Of a DNA stretch of 40,000 bases, positions 33,295-40,000 are shown piece after piece. Numbering within the stretch: position 1 is the stretch's first letter; each line of letters starts with the position of its first letter. The stretch is from Pirellula sp. (lineage in GTDB: Bacteria; Planctomycetota; Planctomycetia; Pirellulales; Pirellulaceae). The stretch spans positions 17,552 through 57,551 of the forward strand of contig JAJTFB010000020.1 in the NCBI GenBank assembly GCA_021300015.1. The letters run 5' to 3'. The notes under the pieces were generated by a model that had not been told where the DNA came from, made no database searches, and saw only the letters and a list, made by a program, of their open reading frames with translations. Both the position numbers and the translations under genes were made by a program.

Positions 33295-34878
33295 ATGCCC
33301 CTTAAAAACATCCCACTCCTAACAACCATCATCATCACCCTTTGGAGCTTCCTTGCCAAAGCGACCGAGCCCCAGCAACCACCCAACATCGTCATCATCT
33401 ACGCCGATGACTTAGGGTACGGAGATCTATCCACTTACAACCCACAATCCGCCTACAGCACCCCAAGGATCGACCAGTTCGCAAACCAAGGGATCAAGTT
33501 CCTCGACGCCCACAGTCCCTGCACGATCTGCTCACCTTCGCGGTATGGACTCCTCTCAGGCCAATTGGTATGCCGAACTGGGCGCAAGCCCACCGCGTTC
33601 GAAGGCCCCGGCGGCCCAAGCTACCTTGCGCCCGGCGAATTGACCCTAGCGCAGATGCTCCAGCAACGCGGGTACCGGACGGGAGTGTTCGGCAAATGGC
33701 ATCTAGGACTGACCTGGTTCGACCAACAAGGAAAACGGCTTGCGGGTGGTTTCCAGACCCCCATGCAGATCGACTATGTAAAGAGCACCCCGTTGGTCGA
33801 CGGCCCCAACGCAAGAGGCTTCGACGAATCCTGGATCACTCCGAACTGCCCCACGACAGACCCTTTGTACATCTACATCCACAACGGCAACGTACCGGTC
33901 GGAGCGACCAAGCGACATCGCAGCGATTCGTTGCCGAATCTTGGGGGCAAGTGGCTTTGGGACAACGACGAGGGATGGATGGCAGAAGGCTACCGATTCG
34001 CCGACGCGGACTTGTTGTTCTTTGACAAGACCGCTGAGTTCATCCGTGCGCATCGCAAGCAAACGCCCGAAAAGCCATTCTTAGCAATCCTTTCGACACA
34101 GATCGCCCATGCACCGGTCCTCCCTGCCGAAGAGTTCCGCGGCAGCACCCAAGCAGGCCCGCGAGGGGACTTCGTCCGCGAGCTCGACACACTCACCGGT
34201 CGATTGCTCGATTTGCTCCAGGAGTTGAAGATCGACGAGAACACGCTGGTGATATTCAACGCCGACAATGGAGCAGAGACACTCCACGCGCACTGGATGC
34301 GGACCGACCACCAACACGATCCGGCTGGGGGACTCAGGGGGATGAAGCGCGACGGATGGGAAGGAGGCCATCATGTCCCGATGATCATGCGCTGGCCCAG
34401 CAAGATCCCAGCGGGTCAGATATCGGACCAGATGATCAACACGACCGATCTTTTTGCGACGTTGGCATCGATCATCGATTTCGAGTTGCCCGACGAAGTC
34501 GCCGTCGACAGCTACGACATGCTGCCGGTTCTTTTGGGACGCCAGCCAGCGGATCGGCAGGTAAGACCTTGGATGCTCACGCAGAGTTTTCGAGGGGAGT
34601 TTCAATTGCGAATGGGAAAGTGGAAGTTACTCGCGCATCGCGGATCAGGTGGCAACGACTACAGCCGAGGGGAGCTGCGAGGGTACGAGTTGCCCGAGGA
34701 CGGTGTGGAAGCGGCGGGTCAGCTATACAATCTCGAATTGGATCCAGGCGAGACAAGGAACTTGTACAGAGCAGAGGAGGCACGAGTCGAGGAGATGATC
34801 GAGATCTTGCAGCGGACGACCGCGCCCAAGTCTGGGCGAACCGCCCCCGAGGGCCGCAAGCCCCTGCGATGGCAATAA
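33295..34878 (+). CDS. Arylsulfatase (formylglycine-dependent sulfatase family), exported
   Basis: It has IIYADDLGYGDLS, the FGly motif CTICSPSRYGLLSG, GKWHLG and NADNG, plus an N-terminal signal-like hydrophobic segment. Confidence 0.9.
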   Translation: MPLKNIPLLTTIIITLWSFLAKATEPQQPPNIVIIYADDLGYGDLSTYNPQSAYSTPRIDQFANQGIKFLDAHSPCTICSPSRYGLLSGQLVCRTGRKPTAFEGPGGPSYLAPGELTLAQMLQQRGYRTGVFGKWHLGLTWFDQQGKRLAGGFQTPMQIDYVKSTPLVDGPNARGFDESWITPNCPTTDPLYIYIHNGNVPVGATKRHRSDSLPNLGGKWLWDNDEGWMAEGYRFADADLLFFDKTAEFIRAHRKQTPEKPFLAILSTQIAHAPVLPAEEFRGSTQAGPRGDFVRELDTLTGRLLDLLQELKIDENTLVIFNADNGAETLHAHWMRTDHQHDPAGGLRGMKRDGWEGGHHVPMIMRWPSKIPAGQISDQMINTTDLFATLASIIDFELPDEVAVDSYDMLPVLLGRQPADRQVRPWMLTQSFRGEFQLRMGKWKLLAHRGSGGNDYSRGELRGYELPEDGVEAAGQLYNLELDPGETRNLYRAEEARVEEMIEILQRTTAPKSGRTAPEGRKPLRWQ

Positions 34879-34919
34879 CCCAAACCCCGCGGGACAGTCC
34901 CCACGTTCTCAGCGAATGC

Positions 34920-34950
34920 TGTCAACAATGTCAACAATGTCAACAATGTC
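34920..34950 (+). repeat. 9-nt microsatellite TGTCAACAA, 3.4 copies
   Basis: The copies are perfect, at 34920, 34929 and 34938, with a partial copy at 34947. It is intergenic. Confidence 0.9.
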
Positions 34951-35081
34951 TAGCGGTCGTCATCCGTGAGCAAGCCGCGGGCGATTGCCAGTACACGGCC
35001 ACATCCCCTTCATGGGGGATTGAAGCAATTAGCCTGGTCTGCGGCGCAAACTTCTTCCAACAGCCAAACCACTAATCCACA

Positions 35082-35252
35082 CTAATATTCGCCAATAAAG
35101 AACTCCCCCACTAACCGCTTGGCCCCCCTTCGCCCCAGGGCCCATTGGCTGGGGGAGCAAGGGGCTGCCGACAGACCTTCATAAGGCAAACCTAGAGCAT
35201 CGCCCACAGCGGTCCCTAAAATACATCCAATGATTGCCTTCTCGTTCGACAT
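35082..35252 (-). pseudogene. Remnant of an ADP-ribosylglycohydrolase family gene (N-terminal ~30 aa conserved, then divergent and terminated)
   Basis: From ATG 35252 the sequence reads MSNEKAIIGCILGTAVGDALGLPYEGLS, matching the family N-terminus as I recall it. The expected downstream blocks (for example the SDDTE region) are absent and the frame stops after 56 codons. Full-length members are ~300 aa. Confidence 0.5.
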
Positions 35253-35301
35253 CTCGATCTTTGCCCGCCTCGGTTCGAAAATTTGCGCTATTGGCATCAT
35301 C

Positions 35302-35333
35302 CTCGTACTCGAAGATACGGCATCGAGTACGAG
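35302..35333. promoter_or_regulatory. 10-bp perfect inverted repeat CTCGTACTCG-N12-CGAGTACGAG with an additional direct GAGTACGAGTAC copy
   Basis: The arms are 35302-35311 and 35324-35333. GAGTACGAGTAC occurs at 35325-35336 and again at 35346-35357. It lies between the DUF808 stop and the ARH remnant. There is no T-tract, so the function (operator or hairpin) is unknown. Confidence 0.35.
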
Positions 35334-35379
35334 TACCATTTCATTGAGTACGAGTACGATAAAAGTCAAAACAGCGCAA

Positions 35380-36159
35380 CTACAAAAGCCGCTGCCACAG
35401 GGGGCGAATCACATGCTTGCTCAAGGGAGCCACTGCCGCGCCGATCGCTAGACCTGCCATTCCCGCCAGCGCAGCGCCAACGACCCAGGCAACCATTCGG
35501 CCACCTATCGGCATCATCGATCCTACCGATGCACCGACATCCTTGATCCAATACTCCGGCCCGCTGAGCCCATATTCGGCCAGACTGTGCAGGATGATGC
35601 CGCCACCGACCCATAGCATCGCCAAAGTACCTATCAGACTTAGCGACGACAATACCAATGGCATCGTATGCACGACACCTCGACCGATCGCCGACCAGGG
35701 ACGATTGCGCTTAGCCAGTGCGACTCCGAAGTCATCGGCTTTCACGATCAATGCCACCGTACCATAGACCGCGATCGTGATACCCATTCCTACCACCGCC
35801 AAAACGATAGCTTTCATGGCCAAGGACGCTTCACCGACAGTCGACAGCGTGATCGCCATGATCTCGGCAGACAAGATAAAGTCGGTGCGGATCGCGCTTG
35901 CGATCTTCTCCCGTTCGAGCGATTCTGATTCGATTGCTTGTAGTGGCTTAGCCGTTTTTTCGCACGAATCCGCCACAAACAACTCGCGCACCTTGCCATA
36001 ACCTTCATAGCACAAATAGGCACCGCCTAGAATGAGCAGCGGTAGGATCGACTTGCCTGCTGCCTTTGCCGACATCTTGACAACATCGTCGAGTGAGGCC
36101 GAAGCGATCTTGGCAAATGCTGCCACATCGTCAAACAATGCCAGAAGCCCAGAGGCCAT
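35380..36159 (-). CDS. DUF808 (YedI-like) inner-membrane protein, shortened variant
   Basis: The N-terminus LLALFDDVA and the blocks LILGGAYLCYEG, AIRTDFILSAEIMAITL and IGTLAMLWVGGGI match my recollection of E. coli YedI. About 50 residues between the N-terminal amphipathic segment and the LGGAYLC helix appear to be missing. Confidence 0.75.
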   Translation of the reverse strand: MASGLLALFDDVAAFAKIASASLDDVVKMSAKAAGKSILPLLILGGAYLCYEGYGKVRELFVADSCEKTAKPLQAIESESLEREKIASAIRTDFILSAEIMAITLSTVGEASLAMKAIVLAVVGMGITIAVYGTVALIVKADDFGVALAKRNRPWSAIGRGVVHTMPLVLSSLSLIGTLAMLWVGGGIILHSLAEYGLSGPEYWIKDVGASVGSMMPIGGRMVAWVVGAALAGMAGLAIGAAVAPLSKHVIRPLWQRLL

Positions 36160-36342
36160 AAATTCTCCTGGTAATGGTATTCATGAAGGACTCCTCGGGG
36201 GAAAAATGAAGAGCGCCTACGTCGTAACAGACCTTCCATCGGTTATCCTGGAGGCACAGTGTCCCCAAGTCGCGATGACAAACTCCTCGCAATAGCTTCG
36301 AGTCGCATTATCGCCAAGATCGCATCGCGTTCGTCATGTGCA

Positions 36343-36357
36343 TGGCACGAATTTTGC
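36343..36357 (+). promoter_or_regulatory. Sigma54-type -24/-12 motif TGGCAC-GAATT-TTGC (copy 1 of the direct repeat)
   Basis: It exactly matches TGGCAC-N5-TTGC. It sits 4 nt outside the di-haem gene stop and points into that gene in antisense, so its function is doubtful. Confidence 0.35.
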
Positions 36358-36360
36358 CTC

Positions 36361-38142
36361 CTACAGTGATTTCAAGTACTCGACTAGCTGCCAGCGCTGC
36401 TCTTCGTTGAACGTGCCGTAGGTGTCGTGGCCTGCGTTGGAGTTTCCTGGCAGCGATGTATCGAACAACGTTGTGCCCGGGGCTTGCTCGGTTTTGAAGC
36501 CTACCTTCTTGACATCGAATTCTCGGCTGCCAACATAAAACTTCGATGTCCGCTCGTTGCTCGGAAGCAAGAGTTCGTACAAGTTCGGGACCGAGCCGTT
36601 GTGCAGATAGGGGGCCGTTGCCCAGATACCCGCCAGTGGTGCCGCTTTGTACTTGAGCGTTGGCGGGGCGTTTTCCGCTACGGTCGCCGATTCGGGTTGG
36701 CCAATGAACGACTTGACTGTCGATTGCAAGTCATCGTAGTAGCTCTTTAATTTCTCATCGAGATCCGCATGCAGCGCCTTGACCGTTTGCTGAGAGAAGC
36801 CAATTTCTCTTAGAAACAGATTGATTTCATTGGGTCCAAAAAGATCATCTCTCGTTAATCGATCCAAGATGCTTTCCGGTGGAGCGACGTCGCGGTAGGG
36901 ACTTAGGACGGCTAGTTGAACCAGTGTTTGCAACAGTTCTCCCCGAGGTACCTTTGAGCGTCCTTCGAAAAGCCACTTCAAGTCCCCTGTCGAGGCGACT
37001 CCTATCGTTGCATTGGCCGCCATCTTTGGATCGGTGCGTACCTCCGAAAGCTTGGTCATCACGACGTCCACGGGAGTGTTCTGTTCACCGTGTGGCACAA
37101 TCGCGTGGCACTCTGCGCAATGCGTTTGGTAAAGAGCTTTTCCTGCTTCTTTCTTAGCGGCGTCGATCGCCACGAGATCCTCGGGCCATTTGGGTGACCA
37201 TAGTTTTTTAAGAAGATTCTCAAGTCGAACTTGGTTCAATCGTTTGGCACTGGTCCTGGCGGGCTTAGGAATTTCGAAGATTCTTGTCGCTTGAAACTGT
37301 GCCTCTGCAAAGACACCCAATACCTCCCCCACGTTTCGTCCGAGTCGTTCGATATCGTTCGTGTTAGGAGCCACACCATTCCATTGGACTTGGCTCTGAA
37401 AAGATGTACCCCAGAGAAACGGTATGCTTACAGGTGCGTCCGGCTTCTTGCTGTTCTCAGGTATGCCCAGATCTATTGAAGCCACGCGATTGAAGATCAT
37501 CCCAAACGCATCGATGCGTGCTCTGCCCCATGGATGTTCGACCGTGCTGTCCTGAATGAACTTGCTCCAGTATTTTAGAAAGTTGGTTAGCTCGCTTTTT
37601 AGTTCGTTCTTGGCTGTTGGATTGCTTGCTTGGGCGCCCAGCACACTGGCGGCGAAGCGATCGAATTTATCCGCGTTGTCGCGAGTGGCCTTGAGCGAGT
37701 CGTCGAGGCCAGTGAGCATTCCCCACATATCCGACAAGGACGGGGCGCCATCGATTTGGAATGTCTTGCCACTCAATGAGATTTGGTTGGTGTGGCACGC
37801 GGCGCAATTCATGCCGATGTAGTCCGCTTTGGTGATCTCGTTTTGATCTCGAACGAACCCAACCGGAAGTTTGTCGGGATTGTTGGTCGATAGGTTGTTG
37901 GGCAGATACCCTAGCTCAGGCAAGCGGTCACGATAAAACGATTTTTGACTGTCGCTGATTTCCAAGGCGATAAACCAACTGTAGGGCATGATTCGCGAGC
38001 CCTGACTTGTGGTGTAAAATTCTTGTCTCACATCGGCAGGCCAGTTCTGCTCAAGAAACTCTACTTGGCCGCTAACGGGTACGGCTGACAAGAACAGCCC
38101 CCCAATCAACAAACACAGAGTCGCAAACATTCGCGTCTTCAT
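36361..38142 (-). CDS. Exported di-haem c-type cytochrome family protein (putative peroxidase/oxygenase-like)
   Basis: The ORF is 593 aa with the signal peptide MKTRMFATLCLLIGGLFLSAVPVSGQ. It has two CxxCH haem-c sites (NCAACHTNQ and HCAECHAIV). G+C is lower than in neighbouring genes: I counted 25/60 at 37201-37260. Confidence 0.8.
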   Translation of the reverse strand: MKTRMFATLCLLIGGLFLSAVPVSGQVEFLEQNWPADVRQEFYTTSQGSRIMPYSWFIALEISDSQKSFYRDRLPELGYLPNNLSTNNPDKLPVGFVRDQNEITKADYIGMNCAACHTNQISLSGKTFQIDGAPSLSDMWGMLTGLDDSLKATRDNADKFDRFAASVLGAQASNPTAKNELKSELTNFLKYWSKFIQDSTVEHPWGRARIDAFGMIFNRVASIDLGIPENSKKPDAPVSIPFLWGTSFQSQVQWNGVAPNTNDIERLGRNVGEVLGVFAEAQFQATRIFEIPKPARTSAKRLNQVRLENLLKKLWSPKWPEDLVAIDAAKKEAGKALYQTHCAECHAIVPHGEQNTPVDVVMTKLSEVRTDPKMAANATIGVASTGDLKWLFEGRSKVPRGELLQTLVQLAVLSPYRDVAPPESILDRLTRDDLFGPNEINLFLREIGFSQQTVKALHADLDEKLKSYYDDLQSTVKSFIGQPESATVAENAPPTLKYKAAPLAGIWATAPYLHNGSVPNLYELLLPSNERTSKFYVGSREFDVKKVGFKTEQAPGTTLFDTSLPGNSNAGHDTYGTFNEEQRWQLVEYLKSL

Positions 38143-38428
38143 GGATATCTCCAGTCAAATAGAAGGATCAAGGGAACAAAAGTCTGATTCCTATTACGTT
38201 TGCCCGAAACGCTCAGCAGTGACCTCAGATTGTAACGGATATCTCAGCGAGGATGTTGATCGCTCAATTGCAGTGACCCACAGATTCTGCGGAAGAGGCT
38301 CTTTTAAAAGCGAAAGCTCTACAGCTCCTTGGTCGCAAACCTTGAAGTCGAAAGTTTGTAGCAGACAAGACCGCTGTAGCTAGGATCGATGCGATCTCGA
38401 AAAGTCGTTGCTGCGTTCGTCATGTGCC

Positions 38429-38443
38429 TGGCACTAGTTTTGA
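38429..38443 (+). promoter_or_regulatory. Sigma54-like motif TGGCAC-TAGTT-TTGA (copy 2 of the direct repeat, imperfect -12)
   Basis: It is oriented toward the antitoxin gene, 130 nt upstream of its ATG. The -12 GC is replaced by GA. Confidence 0.3.
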
Positions 38444-38502
38444 TGGAACGCATTTCCGAAATCTTTCCGCAGAGCCACAAGCACGTTAAAACCTAATCCG
38501 AC

Positions 38503-38531
38503 TTGAAGGATGTGGCAAAATGACGTACAAT
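38503..38531 (+). promoter_or_regulatory. Sigma70-like promoter of the toxin-antitoxin operon (TTGAAG-17 nt-TACAAT)
   Basis: The -35 TTGAAG is at 38503-38508, followed by a 17-nt spacer and the -10 TACAAT at 38526-38531, 41 nt before ATG 38573. Confidence 0.5.
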
Positions 38532-38572
38532 GCCTTTTGGAGAGTTCATACTTATTGGTCGCAAGGCTCACT

Positions 38573-38851
38573 ATGTCGACAACCAACAGCGATGCCAGAA
38601 TCAACTTCCGATTGAACAGTGAATTGAAGAAAACGATTGAAGACGCGGCCGCCGAGTTGGGGCAGTCTATTAGCGATTTCGCCATTTCAACGCTTGTTCA
38701 AGCAGCACGCAAAGTGCTCCATGATCAACAAGTCACTCGGCTTAGCGAACGGGACCGGCAAGTCTTTGCGGCTATGCTCGACGATGAGTCGAGAATGCCC
38801 AACGACTCTTTGGTCAATGCCGCCAAACGCTACAAGAAGCTGGTTGGCTGA
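38573..38851 (+). CDS. DUF1778 ribbon-helix-helix antitoxin (TacA-like)
   Basis: It is 92 aa from ATG 38573. The sequence INFRLNSELKKTIEDAAAELGQSISDFAISTLVQAARKVL is a typical DUF1778 N-terminus. Its stop overlaps the toxin start as TGATG. Confidence 0.85.
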   Translation: MSTTNSDARINFRLNSELKKTIEDAAAELGQSISDFAISTLVQAARKVLHDQQVTRLSERDRQVFAAMLDDESRMPNDSLVNAAKRYKKLVG

Positions 38852-39363
38852 TGCCGATCTGGATGATCCGCCGATTAGACAAGAATCACGACCGCACAAC
38901 CTTTGAATGCGGCCAACCATTGCTTGACGAGTGGATTAAAGATCGAGCCAGCCAGTTCGACCGACGTGACCTGTCTCGTACATTTGTCGCTACCCTCCCA
39001 GACTGTGTTCGAGTTGTCGGATACTACGCGATTTCCACGCATCGAGTTGTCCATGAAGTGCTGCCGACGGCTGAGGCCAAGGGCTTGCCGCGTCTTGACG
39101 TGCCCGTGGTACTTATTGGGAAGCTAGCCGTCGATCGGAGTGTGCAAGGTCAAGGACTCGGGGCGTTGCTACTGGTCGACGCCCTGCGACGATCGTTGCA
39201 GATTTCCGAACAAGTTGGCATCCGAGCGGTGGAAGTCGATGCAATCGATGATGCCGCAAGAAACTTCTACCTGAAGTTCGGGTTTCGCTCGTTGCTGGAC
39301 GATCCTCGGCACCCATTTCTATCAATGGCAGAGGTTCGCAAGCTGAAGCTCGATCCTTACTAA
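38851..39363 (+). CDS. GNAT-family acetyltransferase toxin (TacT-like)
   Basis: The ORF is 170 aa. It has FECGQPLLDEWIKDRA, the acetyl-CoA motif VQGQGLGALLLVDAL and NFYLKFGF, and is paired with a DUF1778 gene. Confidence 0.85.
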   Translation: MPIWMIRRLDKNHDRTTFECGQPLLDEWIKDRASQFDRRDLSRTFVATLPDCVRVVGYYAISTHRVVHEVLPTAEAKGLPRLDVPVVLIGKLAVDRSVQGQGLGALLLVDALRRSLQISEQVGIRAVEVDAIDDAARNFYLKFGFRSLLDDPRHPFLSMAEVRKLKLDPY

Positions 39364-39520
39364 CCAAGTGCAATCTGCATTTACTCACACCTCTACCTTC
39401 TCGTCTCACGCCTCCAACCTGTACGAATCACTGCCTTCCTGCTGACTGGCAAACGAAAGCAAGCTATCTCTGCTGCGACTCGCCAATAACTGTGACGAAT
39501 CGAAATAAAACGCGTTGGAA

Positions 39521-39537
39521 AGTCAACCAGGTTGACT
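39521..39537. promoter_or_regulatory. Perfect 17-bp palindrome AGTCAAC-CAG-GTTGACT; candidate MarR operator
   Basis: It has 7-bp arms and a 3-bp spacer, 29 nt upstream of the MarR ATG (39566). Confidence 0.5.
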
Positions 39538-39565
39538 ATCTGGCGCCAGTCGCTAGAGTGTGCCA

Positions 39566-40000
39566 ATGGACTACAACTTAGACCTCAAAAACATTCTGAT
39601 TGACGACGTAGATCAACATCAGCCGCTTGGCCGATTTCTGATTCTGTTGTTTCGATCTTTTGAAGACGATTTGGTTAGCCGCCTCAAAGTTGATGGGTAT
39701 TCCAACGTTAGTCCTACGGATCTGAACGTTCTTCGATTTGTTAAGCCGACAGGCAGCACTTCTATTGAGATTGCGAAGTTAGCGGGGATTACGAAACAGG
39801 CCATCGCGAAAAACATCGCTACTATCGAGACGAAGGGCTATCTAAAGCGTCAGCAAAACACCGAAGATGGCAGGTCGCAACTCATCATGTTTACCCCAAA
39901 AGGAATGCGATTGCTTGAGAGCTGTATCTTTGCCATCGCGCAAATCGAGAAGGCATACGAAAAAAAGCTTGGAAAAAGGGCCTTTGCGGATCTTAAGTTG
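39566..40000 (+). CDS. MarR family transcriptional regulator (3' end outside the window)
   Basis: This ORF is not in the ORF track because no stop is reached. My translation from ATG 39566 gives 145 codons with no stop: MDYNLDLKNILIDDVDQHQPLGRFLILLFRSFEDDLV...LNVLRFVKPTGSTSIEIAKLAGITKQAIAKNIATIETKGYLKRQQNTEDGRSQLIMFTPKG. This is a winged-helix MarR pattern. Confidence 0.8.
   Translation, partial: MDYNLDLKNILIDDVDQHQPLGRFLILLFRSFEDDLVSRLKVDGYSNVSPTDLNVLRFVKPTGSTSIEIAKLAGITKQAIAKNIATIETKGYLKRQQNTEDGRSQLIMFTPKGMRLLESCIFAIAQIEKAYEKKLGKRAFADLKL

Noticed and set aside
35253-35369. The full 95-aa ORF 35082-35369 as an intact gene.
   Set aside because: The upstream 39 codons run through the GAGTAC repeat/inverted-repeat region. 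Only the segment from ATG 35252 resembles a known family, and it is truncated.
38141-38685. An 80-aa plus ORF (38141-38383) and an 83-aa minus ORF (38434-38685).
   Set aside because: The first lies in the AT-rich promoter region of the di-haem gene and has no features. The second is antisense to the antitoxin gene and its promoter.
36160-40000. Calling the AT-richer region a mobile element or genomic island.
   Set aside because: No integrase, transposase, tRNA or terminal inverted repeats are visible in the window, so I report it only as a compositional and accessory-content observation.

Overview
This is a 40-kb chromosomal segment from a high-GC bacterium. The gene content points to Planctomycetota, probably Pirellulales-like (inference). 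Supporting genes are an exported CSPSR-motif sulfatase, the H4MPT-pathway gene mch, a giant protein made of GspD N-domain repeats, a rhomboid protease, several exported peptidases and several large secreted orphans.

I support 25 protein-coding genes (two truncated by the window edges) and one gene remnant. In order they are:
- Zn-metalloprotease (5' partial).
- A long minus-strand block: DJ-1/PfpI, M32 carboxypeptidase, CPA2/RCK antiporter, SDR, a 1020-aa secretin-N-repeat protein, a tail-anchored orphan and FolC.
- A plus-strand block: ABC ATPase, giant ABC-2-like permease, a 616-aa partner, rhomboid, LysA and glutathione peroxidase.
- A membrane-anchored alpha-dioxygenase-like haem protein and a 1101-aa secreted orphan.
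- Mch and cyclophilin (minus strand).
- A 1323-aa M14 + DPP-IV/S9 fusion peptidase and a sulfatase.
- An ADP-ribosylglycohydrolase remnant.
- A DUF808 protein, a di-haem c-type protein, a TacA/TacT-like (DUF1778 + GNAT) toxin-antitoxin pair, and MarR (3' partial).

I found no rRNA, tRNA, CRISPR array, transposase or integrase.

The non-coding DNA is unusually organised:
- A family of hairpin repeats with an invariant TCGGAG loop and compensatory stem changes (2.1-2.6 kb and 33.2 kb).
- Two ~127-nt direct repeats (2.0-2.4 kb).
- A 2 x 170-nt tandem repeat with mutually exclusive hairpins (20.8-21.1 kb).
- A 21-nt iterated repeat plus a palindrome cluster (23.85-24.04 kb).
- A ~30-nt direct repeat carrying a sigma54-type TGGCAC-N5-TTGC motif that brackets the di-haem gene (36.33 and 38.41 kb).

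The last ~4 kb is visibly more AT-rich and looks like an accessory islet.

My best candidates for something undescribed are:
1. The GPx / membrane-fused alpha-dioxygenase-like / 1101-aa orphan neighbourhood.
2. The secretin-N-repeat protein that lacks a secretin barrel, together with its tail-anchored partner.
3. The repeat-bracketed di-haem cassette.
4. The structured repeat family.

All functional calls rest on motif recognition by eye; no searches were run.
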